Source: Octopus sinensis
Taxonomy: Eukaryota
Assembly (NCBI RefSeq): GCF_006345805.1
Contig: NC_043000.1
Location: 61,504,001-61,568,000, forward strand
Reading direction: 5' to 3'
DNA length: 64,000 nucleotides
Shown: one piece after another, positions 12,755 to 24,445 of the stretch
How the letters are laid out: every line of letters starts with the position of its first letter
How positions within the stretch are numbered: the first letter of the stretch is position 1
Notes under the pieces: generated by a model
What the model was told of the DNA's origin: nothing
The model's database searches: none
What the model saw: only the letters and a program-made list of their open reading frames with translations
Position numbers and translations under genes: made by a program

Positions 12755-12802
12755 TATTATATATATAATATAATATATATATATTTACATATATATCTCA
12801 CA

Positions 12803-12861
<59 letters not shown>

Positions 12862-13061
12862 TCTCTTTTACCCTTTTACTTGTTTCACTCATTGATTGTA
12901 GCCATGCTGGAGCACCGCCTTGTGTCGAGCAAATCGACCCCAGGACTTATTCTTAGTAAGGCTAATACTTATTCTATCGGTCTCTTTTGCCGAACAGCTA
13001 AGTTACGGAGACATAAACACACTACCATCAGTTGTTGAGTTATGTTGGGGGGACAAACACA

Positions 13062-13097
<36 letters not shown>

Positions 13098-13259
13098 ACA
13101 CATATATATATATATATATACATATATACGACGGGATTCTTTCAATTTCCGTCTACCAAATCCACTCACAAGGCTTTGCTCGGCCCAAGGCTATAGTAGA
13201 AGACACTTGCCCAAGCTGCCACGCAGTGAGACTGAACCCGGGACCATGTGGTTGGTAAG

Positions 13260-13260
<1 letters not shown>
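12862..13260 (-). mobile_element. SINE family B, 5' end lost at a (TA)n run
   Basis: Matches 9311-9733 up to tggttggtaagc. Confidence 0.9.
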
Positions 13261-13266
<6 letters not shown>

Positions 13267-13302
<36 letters not shown>

Positions 13303-13323
13303 ATGTATATGTATACGTATGTG

Positions 13324-13355
<32 letters not shown>

Positions 13356-13673
13356 GCATACGTGTGTATATATACATGCATGCGTGAGAATACGTGTGTA
13401 TGTATGTATGTATGTATGTATGTATGTATGTATGTATGTATGTATTATATATCTATACGTGTTTATATGCAACATGTGTTATGAGACGCTGATAGGAGAC
13501 GTACTTCCCCCTTGATGTTAAAACTACCCGTCATTTTCAATTTTCGTATTAAGCTATTTTACATCAGCTATTTATTTCATACAGTAAACAATCTCATGGG
13601 TGTATCGACTCTCAAATCGCCCAATCGGAAATTAATATGTGTGTGTGTGTGTATGTATATGTATACGTATGTG

Positions 13674-13712
<39 letters not shown>

Positions 13713-14004
13713 CATACGTGTGTATATATACATGCATGCGTGAGAATACGTGTGTATGTATGTATGTATGTAGGTATGTATGTATGTATGTATGTATGTA
13801 ATGTATGTATTATGTATATATCTATACGTGTTTATATGCAACATGTGTTATGAGACGCTGATAGGAGACGTACTTCCCCCTTGATGTTAAAACTACCCGT
13901 CATTTTCAATTTTCGTATTAAGCTATTTTACATCAGCTATTTATTTCATACAGTAAACAATCTCATGGTGTGTATCGACTCTCAAATCGTCCAATCGGAA
14001 ATTA

Positions 14005-14006
<2 letters not shown>
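13267..14006. repeat. Tandem duplication, two ~370 bp units
   Basis: Unique core (gagacgctgataggagacgtacttcccc...atcggaaattaat) is nearly identical at ~13440-13636 and ~13810-14006. Confidence 0.95.
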
Positions 14007-14044
<38 letters not shown>

Positions 14045-15249
14045 CATACCGATCTCAGAAAAAGCATTATTTAATGGAGATGTGGCTGGTGCTGAACTCC
14101 ACGAGGCAGTCTGTCTATATTGTGAGTTGATGCCCCTTCATTTCAATTATTTTTGCTGATGCATATAAGAGATTGATAGCTTCATAATAATTGTTCAGAC
14201 CAACTGCGGTTGGAAATCATTAAAGTAATTACATTTCTGCTATGCAAGGAATTTCGAAGCTGATAGTTAGACTCCTGAAAACAGAATTAAGACGCAATGA
14301 ATTCCATCAATATAATGTTTTCACACGCGATGATAGAAAGGTTCTCTCCCATGTATCTAATTATAAGTATTTTTCTATTGTTTCATACGCTGTAAGGCTA
14401 CAGATTGATAGAAGTAGCATTTAAAACCAAACAGTATTTGATTTCTGCTCTGTATATTATTAGTTCATATGGCACAAGTGATCGTCGCTGGATTCCAAAT
14501 GTCATTGTCGATGAAATAAACACGAGTAATATACAGCTTAACGCAATCACCTACCATTTTAAAGACTTTTTTCATTTATAATCCGGGCTCTCAACATTGC
14601 TTGTTCATTAAAATTTGGATTCGTGCTTAGTCAGATGGAATCTATAATCATTCACAGAGCTTAACAAACTTCAGCTAGCTGTATGGCATTCAATCTGTTT
14701 ATAGGAGATACCGAGGAACTTCACTGATGCACGAAATAGCGACAGCATAAGAACACAGTGTCCTTTTGACCAAATTACTGTCATTTTCCCAAACTATCAT
14801 GTAACTACCAAAACGTGTCAAAAAACTAACTATTATAAATGTTATCAATTTTCACAAATGCTGAGCAAACACGTCTACCCAAGGAAGCTTCTATGCAGTT
14901 GCTCAAATTTCAAACTACAGTCGTGGTAATATGCACGTAGAGCTTAGGATAAGGAGGGTATTGTCATGAAGGTAACAAGAACAGAAGTTTCCTTTAGAAG
15001 TGGTGACACAAGGAAAAATAATAACAACAGCGATAAATATATATTGCATGAACACAACGAGAAGCCAGAAAAGAAATTCTCGATAATTAACTGCCTGATG
15101 AACAGTCAATTACAGTTCCTGGACATCGGCGTTTGATCTTAGCTCTTCTGAGTAATGTAATCACTGAGAGTACATAATAGCTCAATATGCAAGCTCTTAT
15201 GTAAATATATAGATATATACGGATACATTACACACACACACACACGCAC

Positions 15250-15445
15250 ATTCTTCTTCCTCCATTTTTTTCTTCCTACCTCCTTTTCTTTTGAACTTTT
15301 CTATGCCTCCTGCTTCCGAAGAAGAGTTTTGCTCGAAACGTAAAACAGCCACTCTTTCTTTCCTTCTCTGAGCATCATATTAATCCTTTGCATGTACCAC
15401 CACCTGGCGTTGTTTTTTTGTTGTCTTTTTTCCTCCGTTATTTTT
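15250..15445 (+). mobile_element. PLE pLTR-like / retrozyme-like remnant containing a hammerhead fold
   Basis: Pyrimidine-rich leader, hammerhead-like core at 15310-15348, then ctgagc..cata.taat...ccacctg, which is similar to the minus-strand element at 32420-32600. Confidence 0.55.
15310..15348 (+). ncRNA. Minimal type I hammerhead ribozyme candidate, U4C core variant
   Basis: ctgctt-CCGAAGA-A-gagt(ttt)gctc-GAAA-cg-TA-aaacag. Stem I has 5 of 6 pairs, stem II 4 bp with a G-U pair, stem III is the palindrome ACGT, and the cleavage triplet is GUA. Confidence 0.5.
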
Positions 15446-15462
15446 TTAATTATATATATATA

Positions 15463-15633
15463 GGCGTAGGAGTGGCTGTATGGTAAGTAGCTTGCTTGCG
15501 AACCACATGGTTCCAGGCTCAGTCCCACTGCGTGGCAACTTGGGCATGTGTCTTCTACTAGAGCATCGGGCTGACCAAAGCTTTATGGGTGGATTTGGTA
15601 GACGGAAACTGAAAGAAGCCCGTCGTATATATG

Positions 15634-15708
<75 letters not shown>

Positions 15709-15912
15709 TTGTGTGTCTGTGTTTGTCCCCCCCTCCCAAACATCGCTTGACAACCGATGCCTGGTGTGTTTACGCCCCCGTAACTTAGCGGCTCGGCAAC
15801 AGACACCGATAGAATAAGTGCTAGGCTTACAAAGAATAGTCCTGCTGTCAGTTTGCTCGAGTAAAGGCGGTACTCCAGCATGGCCACAGTCAAATGACTG
15901 AAACAAGTAAAA

Positions 15913-15914
<2 letters not shown>
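15463..15914 (+). mobile_element. SINE family B, near full length, with internal (TA)n
   Basis: tRNA-like head ggcgtaggagtggctgtatggtaag...ggttccaggctcagtccc, a CORE-like cttgggcatgtgtcttct segment and a gaaacaagtaaaaga tail. Confidence 0.93.
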
Positions 15915-15973
<59 letters not shown>

Positions 15974-16165
15974 AAGGGATTTGTATGATTATGTATAGAA
16001 GAATATATCACTCAAAGGAATTCCAACCCTGTCTGTTTTTCACGTTTTATTTATAATCTTATAATATTAATATAAGATATGAAATAATATAGTAAAAAGA
16101 AATGAAATTAAGTATTAATAGTCTATTCTTATTGAACAAATGCAATATTAAATGTCCATTCTTAT

Positions 16166-16208
16166 TGAACTAGTATACTTTCTGGCACTTATGCAATCTT
16201 CAGGTTCA
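16166..16208 (-). ncRNA. Minimal type I hammerhead ribozyme in PLE 3' region
   Basis: Minus strand: TGAAC-CTGAAGA-ttgca(taag)tgcca-GAAA-gtatac-TA-GTTCA. Canonical core, 5 bp stem I, stem II with one mismatch, palindromic stem III, CUA triplet. Confidence 0.8.
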
Positions 16209-16687
16209 TATGGTGGTGACAGTTGTGTTCATTGGTTTCAACTGTGGTTGACTGGTTAACTTTGTTCTTTATATACATTCCTGTGGATAGAAGTAGTAGT
16301 TGTTGGCTATTTTCAGGAATGATGCCACACCATTTTTCAGTGTTTATTTTTAGAAATGATGACGGCAGTACTTTTTAGAGATTTTAATTTTTAGATATGA
16401 CGATAAGACTTTTAAACCTTTAATAAGATTATTTTTTTATCATAGTTTGTTAAGCTTGGGTTTGAATTCATTAATAAATTTCTTTTCACTCAGTTTTCTC
16501 ACGATTTCATTCGGATTGTATAGTTTATGAAATGGAAATATTAGAAATATTTTCCGGCCACATGTTGCTAGATGGTTACTCAGCGGTATTTGGTGGACTT
16601 CTGGATTTTTAATTTGTTGTCGGTGCACACGTGAGCGTTCTGATAGTGCATAGTCTGTCTGGCCAACATACAGTTCTTCAAAATTCG

Positions 16688-16809
16688 AGTATTTTGATTT
16701 CTGCTCTGTATATTATTAGTTCACATGGTACAAGTGATCGTCGCTGGATTCCAAATGTCGTTGTCGATGAAATAAACACGAGTAATATACGGCTTAATGC
16801 AATCACCTA
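16688..16809 (+). repeat. Dispersed direct copy of 14433-14553 inserted in the PLE
   Basis: By manual alignment, five substitutions and one indel over ~121 bp. Confidence 0.95.
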
Positions 16810-17334
16810 GATTAAATTTCTGCTTTTGCAGTTCATATTTGCGTTTGTGAATATTTCCCCCGTTTTTGTATGAATTAATTGGCATGTACCGCATCGGCTG
16901 TCATTGCATTTAGACACAGTGAATGGTTGGTCTTTGTTGCTAAGGTCAAATCTTGCCTTTGTTAATAACTTTTCCAAGCTTTTAGGCTATCTTTTACTGT
17001 AATGAAATCTCTCAATTCCTTACTTTGAGCAATGACTGGTAGGTTTGCTTTAGCAATATTGAAGATGTTCTGGTAGCATGGATTGTGCGTCAGCGTCACG
17101 ATAAATGGAATGATTTGTTCTTGTTTTTCTCTTTATGTGTTGTCCTTAGTTGTTGCGTGGGTATTTTCATAGCCCACTGAATACCATTTTCTATAAGTAG
17201 TGACGGGTATCTTTGTTTGAGTACTAGTACTCGAGTTTCGGACTTATCAGAATACGTTTGTTATTGTAAAACTGATGGTCTTCGTCGGCTATGTCTACCG
17301 GAAGACTAAATTTGAAATATCCTCTACAGAGTTG

Positions 17335-17515
17335 CGAGAGACTCCGGAGTCGTCTGGAGGCCGCGGTTCGAGCCAATGGTGATTTTATTGAATAAATTTA
17401 CTCTTTAGTATTTCAAGACATGTTTATGTAATTTTGATAAATATACCTGTTAAAATGAGATGTCAGCGTTATTTTTATTTTTGCGCAATTTAGACATGTT
17501 ATTCTCTGTACCCTG
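17335..17515 (+). mobile_element. Tc1/mariner-type transposon 3' end relic
   Basis: ERLRSRLEAAVRANGDFIE* is a typical C-terminus; a TIR-like end (..accctgtg) follows. Confidence 0.6.
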
Positions 17516-17528
17516 TGTACATATGTAC

Positions 17529-17559
<31 letters not shown>

Positions 17560-17629
17560 TGTATGTATGTATGTATGTATGTAGATCTATATATATATAT
17601 ATATATATATATAAATTTTGTACGACTTT

Positions 17630-17840
17630 CATTCTATCTTTCTATCAGCCCCTTCACAATTACTTCCTTTTTCCACTCTTCTTCCTTTCGTTCCCGTCTC
17701 TCACATTCCTAGGCTTTCTCTTCATTATCACCTTCCCTCCTCTTTCACTTCACTCTCTCTCTCTCTCTCCTTTTTCTCTTCCCTCCCTAATTCTTCTGTC
17801 CCTCTGCATCTACCTCTCTTCTCTCTCCCCACATGACCAT
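17630..17840. repeat. CT-rich low-complexity tract
   Basis: Direct reading. Confidence 0.85.
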
Positions 17841-18084
17841 TGTTCGGCCAAGCCTTAACTTTCTTTCCTGGTTCGACCACCCACCATGCAACATCTATAT
17901 TCCTCCCTATGCCTGTCATATCATATGTCCTTGTCGCAATCTCGAGTATAACCAGCCGAAATTGCAAAGATAATCTGGAACTCGACTGAGGAAAACTTCG
18001 TATGATCCGCCCGTGTTTTTTCTTGTCCCTCTTTTGTATAATCTGTCTGGATGTTTTGCGTTCTTGTCCCGTTTTTTGTAGTCC

Positions 18085-18104
18085 TTTATATATATATACA
18101 TATA

Positions 18105-18178
<74 letters not shown>

Positions 18179-18289
18179 ATATATGTATGTATGTATACAT
18201 GTATGAGGATGTGTATGTATGTGTGTATATAAATGTGTGTGTATGTGTGTACGTGTATGTGTGTGTATGTGTGTGTGTATGTGTGTGTG

Positions 18290-18335
<46 letters not shown>
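18085..18335. repeat. (TA)n/(TG)n microsatellite
   Basis: Direct reading. Confidence 0.95.
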
Positions 18336-18336
<1 letters not shown>

Positions 18337-19503
18337 ATGAACTTATTTTGCAAGATTCCCGATGTGGAGTCATGTGTTCAAACAGATATTGTTATATTTC
18401 AGGATGGTCATTCTTTTTTTACGCTAAATAAACACACATACACTATATATTCGTTCTTCACTCGTTTATTATTTTTCTTATTTTGTCCCATGTCCATTGT
18501 CTGAAAACCTTTCGTCACTCATGTGTGACCTCTTCAGTAACTCTTCCATCCACATGTATCCTCTTGTTCTGTTTAGTTCATTCCGTCTCTCTATGATGTG
18601 TACCTTATCTCTGCATGCGTTTGCTTCTGTATCTGTGGATGTGTGCGTGCGTGCGTGTGTGTGTGTGTGTGTGTGTGCATGTCTATGTGTTTTGCATTTG
18701 TATTTGTGTATATATGGGTTTGCTTTCTATATTGGCTGTAACCGTGTCCTTCGTTTAGTTATTTTTCCATTTGTTCTCCATTTTTTATCTTTCATCATAA
18801 GTATGTGCATGTTTGTTTTCTTTGTGTGTATTGTACTGTTTAATTTGTGTCTTTTTTACTCCCTTCTGTCGTTAGTCGTTGTATCGCTTGGTGTGGAGGT
18901 GGGTGGTTTTGTTCCATTCATGTTTTCTGTTGAGGATCGGTCTGTCTATTACTATGCTGTGGGCTTCATAATCTAAGTGCCGTGTTTGTTCTATGCCTTG
19001 ATAATACATTAACCTCGATGTCATTAGCCGGACCTCTATGAGCTATTTGAATATGTTGCTCTCGCGACATATTCAAACATATCCAAATAAGTTCGAAAAT
19101 GGTAAGCTAGTAATTGCCTGCGTAAGGCACAGTCAGATAAAAAAAAAAAAGTGATTTCAAACGTTGTAATATGAGACAAAGCAAAGATATTAGTTACGAT
19201 CATCGACATTCATCAGGAGCGAAATGACTTGATTGAATAAATTTGATATCATGATATATTTGTTCTTTTTTTTTATGATTGCATTAATATCTTTTAATGT
19301 GCATCTCTCCTTTGCTTCAGCTTTTGGGCAATAGCTATCCTGGTTTTAGTCGAATATCAAAACTTAATTATTTTTAGCCCGTTTTTTTAAAGTCTGTTAC
19401 GTATAGAGTCGACTATTTTGCCGAACCATTGAATTAACAAACCAGCGTTGGTTGTCATGCGCTAAGAAGGGGGAGAAAGACATAAAGACAGACACATGCA
19501 TAC

Positions 19504-19534
<31 letters not shown>

Positions 19535-19563
19535 TGTTATATATACATATATATACATACGCA

Positions 19564-19598
<35 letters not shown>

Positions 19599-19649
19599 TT
19601 ATATATATATTACACACACGTGCACGCACACGTGCACACACACATATTT

Positions 19650-19992
19650 ATATAACCCCTAAACCTAACCCTAAAACCTTAAAGCTAAAACTAGTACAAA
19701 CGCACGAACGATGTAATAAATAACATTGACAAACGAAAAATACACCGCCGAGAGTTGTTGTTGACAAACAACGGCAGTAATTTTATTCAGCTGGATACAC
19801 GTCATTGATTGGTTGAAATTACCGAAATACGAGAACTTTAACGTGAAATAATTCGTAAATATAAGTTTTTCTCAAAAATGCTAAGTGTAGAAAATGTTTT
19901 ATATGACACATTCTACCAGTGTCCGAAGTTTGAAAGTGTTTAGTTACAAAAAGTTATTTTTTAAATCTGTCGGTCAAAAGGTAAAGAGACCT
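19650..19992. repeat. Unclassified interspersed repeat with a degenerate (CCCTAA)-like start
   Basis: aacccctaaacctaaccctaaaacctt at 19654-19680. I recall the body as a common Octopus repeat, but there is no second copy in this window. Confidence 0.35.
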
Positions 19993-20044
19993 GAAGTGAA
20001 TTAAAGTTCGTCTACACTTATAATTGTTTCCTTTCATTATACTT

Positions 20045-20094
<50 letters not shown>

Positions 20095-20779
20095 ATCTAT
20101 ATATATATATATATATATAATATATATATATATATATTATATATATATATATATATATATTTAAATATTGGATAAAATCTTTATAAGAATTTATTAAGTA
20201 GTCAGCGTGAAAACCTTATATGGGAAAAATTTATAATTATTCCCTTTAAATGTATTTATTATATAAAGAGCATTTGCTACACGTAAATGCCTTACGCTAC
20301 AAAACTACCATAATAAATATACAGATATATTATTGTGAACATTTCTATGTTCCATGTTGGATACATTTACTGTTTGTCTGGTATGTTGAATTTAGTTAAT
20401 TTTTATGTGTCTCGATTATGCCTGCACTGACAATTAGAAAGTGGATTATGTACACTAACTATGAAATCATGATTTGCGGCTGAATCTGTTTTAAGGGTTG
20501 TCTTCCAAGTTGCATTCCCTCGCTGTCGGTTCACTGTATATTTATTCTGGTAGTTTTGACTTTAAGAGTCTCTAATAGCATGAGGCATTTATGTGTAGTA
20601 ATGCCTTTAATATAATATAAATACATTAATATATATGTATATATAGATATATAATATACACATACATAAGTACACGCACTCATACATACATACATACATG
20701 CATACAAACATACATACATACATACATACATACATACTACATACATACATACATACATACATACACACACATATGTATA

Positions 20780-20930
20780 CTAGGGTCTTCAGCACATTTT
20801 CCGTCGACGGGATTCTATAACAAGGCATTGATTGATCCAGCACTCTAGCAGAAGACACATACTCGAGGTGCCGCGAATTGGGTCCGATGAAACTAGCTGG
20901 TTACAAAGCGAGTTTCATATCCACAAGTCC
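20780..20930 (-). mobile_element. Old SINE family B relic
   Basis: agcagaagacacatactcgaggtgccgcg resembles the reverse complement of the family B CORE-like segment. Confidence 0.55.
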
Positions 20931-22794
20931 AGGTCTGTGTCTACATGACGATTACTCCTCACTTATAAACTAACTTTCAAGTATAAATCACAGTTTAAAA
21001 TCTCAAAGTTTAATCCCAAATGCCATACGCAAGAAAAAAAATCAATAGTTAATTTGTGGTTAGCTGACGTCATTCAGTGAACATCAAGCAGCTAATTACA
21101 TAAACTTATGCGCCGAGGAAAATAACTAGTACTAACTGAATATCATTAATATTATTTCAGCATATTGGGTAGAAAGCATTGGACATGCTTGGGTCACGTT
21201 AACCCTCCTTAGGGAAGCATACACTGAAATGACTATTTCTTTCTTTGTAATGTTCTAACTGTAACATGTATACGAGTACAATATTGATTCTCATCATTAC
21301 TTCGGTAAAACTGGTACAGTCATTTCATCGTTGATGAGCACTAGGAATAATGAAACTTGTCTATACTCAAATTTCATAGCCGAATTATTAGAAATAACTA
21401 TAGCATTTCACTAATCCATCTCGTTCCCTACTGCATAAGTCTGTCTTAAATGATTTCTCTATTTGATATGTTAGCACTAGTTTAACTATATTTTTATACG
21501 AATGACATCTCTGATTAGTTGACTGGCACGCTTTTATGTATGCAACTCGCTTAAACTTTTATGCATTTCCTTATTGAATCTCGCATTATTTCTTGGTGAA
21601 ATTTAAGATTCACTGAGGTGGCATAATAAAACCAAAACACGCGCGTACACACAAACATACCTGTATATATGCGTGCGTATGTATGTATGTATGTATGTAT
21701 GTATTCATGCGTACATGTATTTATACGATGGGCTTCACAAACTTTCCGTTGTTGATCTTTGGCTCTTGTAGAAGACAGTAATATATAGGCCATGTAGTGG
21801 CTCTAACACAGAATTACGTTTCGACAAAATGAGTCAATGTCATTTTCCCTTTATCGCATCTTTAATTATAATTAGATTTTTCTACTTAGTTGTTTTCCAT
21901 GCGAAAAATACCCTTGAATAAATTATCAACACTAATTAAAGAAATAGTAAATTACTACTTGAGCGGGTCTTATGGAATCTACGCTTCCGAAGGATCATTG
22001 TCACCGCTGAGTTGTCTCCCGTGCTTGCAGAAATGATTAAAGCAGTTATTTACAATTGAGGTAAAACTGCCTCTTTCCCAACGCATAAGTTTTTCTAATT
22101 AGTGTGTAAGGACTTACAACACGATGCATGATTATACTAATTTAACTGTTCTTTTAACTATAGTTCCGACTGATATTATTAGCAGTGATAGTGATAATAT
22201 TTTGTAATAAGAAAACATGAACATTAGGTGAATTCTGGCTGCAACAATTGTTTCAACTTCTCACAGTGCAACATCGCACATTAAACAAGCTGCAACCCGC
22301 AGCATCCAGATACCCAATCATATCATCGCCTGCGTCCAAAAAGTGGACATATGCTATATTGCATTATGTTGTCAAGAGTAGCGGAGACAGATGCGATGAT
22401 CAAATCTAGAACGACTTCGCTAATAGTTCTGCTCAATTAGATCTAAATTGGGACGACGTCGACGCCAACAACAACAATATCACCAACTCATACATGCAAC
22501 AATATACATCAAATACAAATTTCATGTGATGAGTTTTGGACAATATTTCACTCATTAACTTTTAAAACGAATGCCTTTGATTAAGCATCGAAAAGGAGAG
22601 CTAATCGAAATATGCGATTAGGAAATTAGTCATGAAATTAGTTATATGGTATTTTCATAATTCGTTTTCATAATTGGTCAGTAAAGATGCAATGGTGCTC
22701 ATCTATATTTCCACGCTACCTTGGTCTTCTGATTTTGATTCATGACTTTTCAGACAGTTTACGTGCTATGCGACGTTTTGTTTGTTGCCCTCGC

Positions 22795-22872
22795 GCACAC
22801 ACATATGTATATATAATATATATATATAATATATATAATATATATATATATGTATATGTGCATATATACATA

Positions 22873-22916
<44 letters not shown>

Positions 22917-22979
22917 ATATATGTTATATGTATATATATATATATATATATAATAATATATATATATATATACATATAT

Positions 22980-23018
<39 letters not shown>

Positions 23019-23150
23019 CATATCATATATATTGTATATATATATATATTATATATATATATATATAATATATATATATATACATATTCATATATATATG
23101 TGAATGTATGTATATATACATATACACATTTATATATGTATATATATATC
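22795..23150. repeat. (TA)n-rich microsatellite
   Basis: Direct reading. Confidence 0.95.
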
Positions 23151-23159
23151 TATAACGAA

Positions 23160-23482
23160 GGCGCATGGCTCAGTGGTTAGAGCGTGGAGCTTACGATGGT
23201 GAGGTTGTGAGCTCGAATCCCGGACCGGGCTGCGTGTTCTTGAGCAAGACACTTTATTTCACGTTGCTCCAGTTAACTCAGGTGTAGAAATGAGTTGCGA
23301 CGTCACGGGCGCCAAGCTGTATCGGCTGCTGCCTTTCCCTTGGATAACACTGGTGGCGTGGAGAGGGAAGGCCGGTATGCATGGGCGACTGCTGGTCTTC
23401 CATAAACCACTTTGCCCAGACTTGTGACTAGGAGGGTAACTTTCTAGGTGAAATCCCATGGTCAGTGTCGTGACCGAAGGGA
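23160..23482 (+). mobile_element. tRNA-derived SINE, family C, near full length
   Basis: A box tggctcagtgg and B-box-like gctcgaatcc, followed by a CORE/Meta-like ttcttgagcaagacactttatttcacg segment; related pieces at 10636, 33845 and 42572. Confidence 0.9.
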
Positions 23483-23504
23483 GGCCCCGACCGACCCAAT
23501 CTAA

Positions 23505-23624
<120 letters not shown>

Positions 23625-23629
23625 CAAAT

Positions 23630-24445
23630 GCGGAAGGTCGGTTTATGGGATTACCATAGGTTTCCGGTACATAAAGGCTTTAGCTTTATGACGTGTTGTC
23701 AGATCTCAAGAACTTGTTGACCTCTTAAAAATATGGAGGGGGAAAATACCAAAATACACAAGAGTAACAATTAGGGATTATCTGCCTTTGCTATCGGCTA
23801 TCGGCTATCGACTTCCGGCTGTGCCACCACCTTACGGGCTCCAAAAAGCTAACAGGAACCTCCTGAAATGTAAACATGTCTCGAAAATATCCGTTGTGGA
23901 GTTAATTATGTTCTCTGGTTCGAGTGAGTCTTGCTTGTTCAGCTATGCATAACTTGCAACGCTTCGTCCGGTTCATGTGGAGGCCTGAGTTCACGATGAT
24001 TTTTCGTGAGATCGAGTATGGAATCCCATCGTCTCTTAGTTGCCAAACGTGGATGGCCAGTGAATGCTGCGTATCTCCTTTCCTGAACTCTGCAGGAGGA
24101 CCTGTGGGTGGAGAGACGTTGTTTGTAAGAGTTTGCGGAACATCTAATGTATCTCTGCAGGCGTGTATTTTCGGTGCTGTATTTGCTGGTGTTGGCGTCG
24201 CTGGAGGTAGTGGTGGCGTCGGTATTGTATCGCCACTGCTGATTATGGTGAAGGCACTAGTGGGAGAGTTGTCATTGGTAGGAGAGATGCCATTGGTGGG
24301 AGTTGCTTCATTGGTGAGAGAGTTGCAATTTCTGATAGTGGTATCATATCATTAGCTGTGGTTTTGCTGGTGTTTCTGCTACGACCACTGTCGCTGTTAT
24401 TGCTGTTATTGATAGCGGTGGCGCTGGACCTGTTGCTACCGCTAT
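23630..24445 (-). mobile_element. Penelope-like element remnant: low-complexity S/T/P/N region joined to GIY-YIG C-terminus and 3' UTR
   Basis: Minus-strand SLAIHVWQLRDDGIPYSISRKII...KRCKLCIAE then (shifted) IINSTTDIFETCLHFRRFLL matches the PLE endonuclease C-terminal pattern LS.YIW.LK....Y.I.W.I...CNLC..EK...LN.R.E...C.H...FLL. Confidence 0.75.
23647..23707 (-). ncRNA. Decayed type I hammerhead ribozyme candidate
   Basis: Minus strand: gagat-CTGACAA-cacgtcataaag(ctaaagc)ctttatgtaccg-GAAA-cc(tat)gg-TA-atccc. G8 is mutated and the base of stem II is mismatched; it lies just 3' of the PLE ORF. Confidence 0.45.

Larger units (their letters stand above)
16110..17330 (-). mobile_element. Penelope-like element 3' part: RT C-terminus, Cys-rich linker, GIY-YIG endonuclease and 3' UTR/pLTR; decayed
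   Basis: Minus-strand peptides QRYPSLLIENGI, THNPCYQNIF, VSKCNDSRCGTCQLI, NMNCKSRNLI and KNCVGQT..LSERSRVHRQQI...HLATCG...FKPKLN. Confidence 0.88.

Noticed and set aside
18497-18976. 159 aa hydrophobic ORF (membrane-protein-like)
   Set aside because: Derived from (TG)n and T-rich low-complexity sequence; no recognisable domain.
19654-19682. Interstitial telomere
   Set aside because: Only 3-4 degenerate CCCTAA-like units; more likely an internal part of an interspersed repeat.
23160-23235. tRNA gene (also 39925-39995, 42572-42645, 50270-50355)
   Set aside because: A/B-box-like motifs are present, but there is no intact cloverleaf. The first three continue directly into SINE bodies and the fourth is too degenerate.
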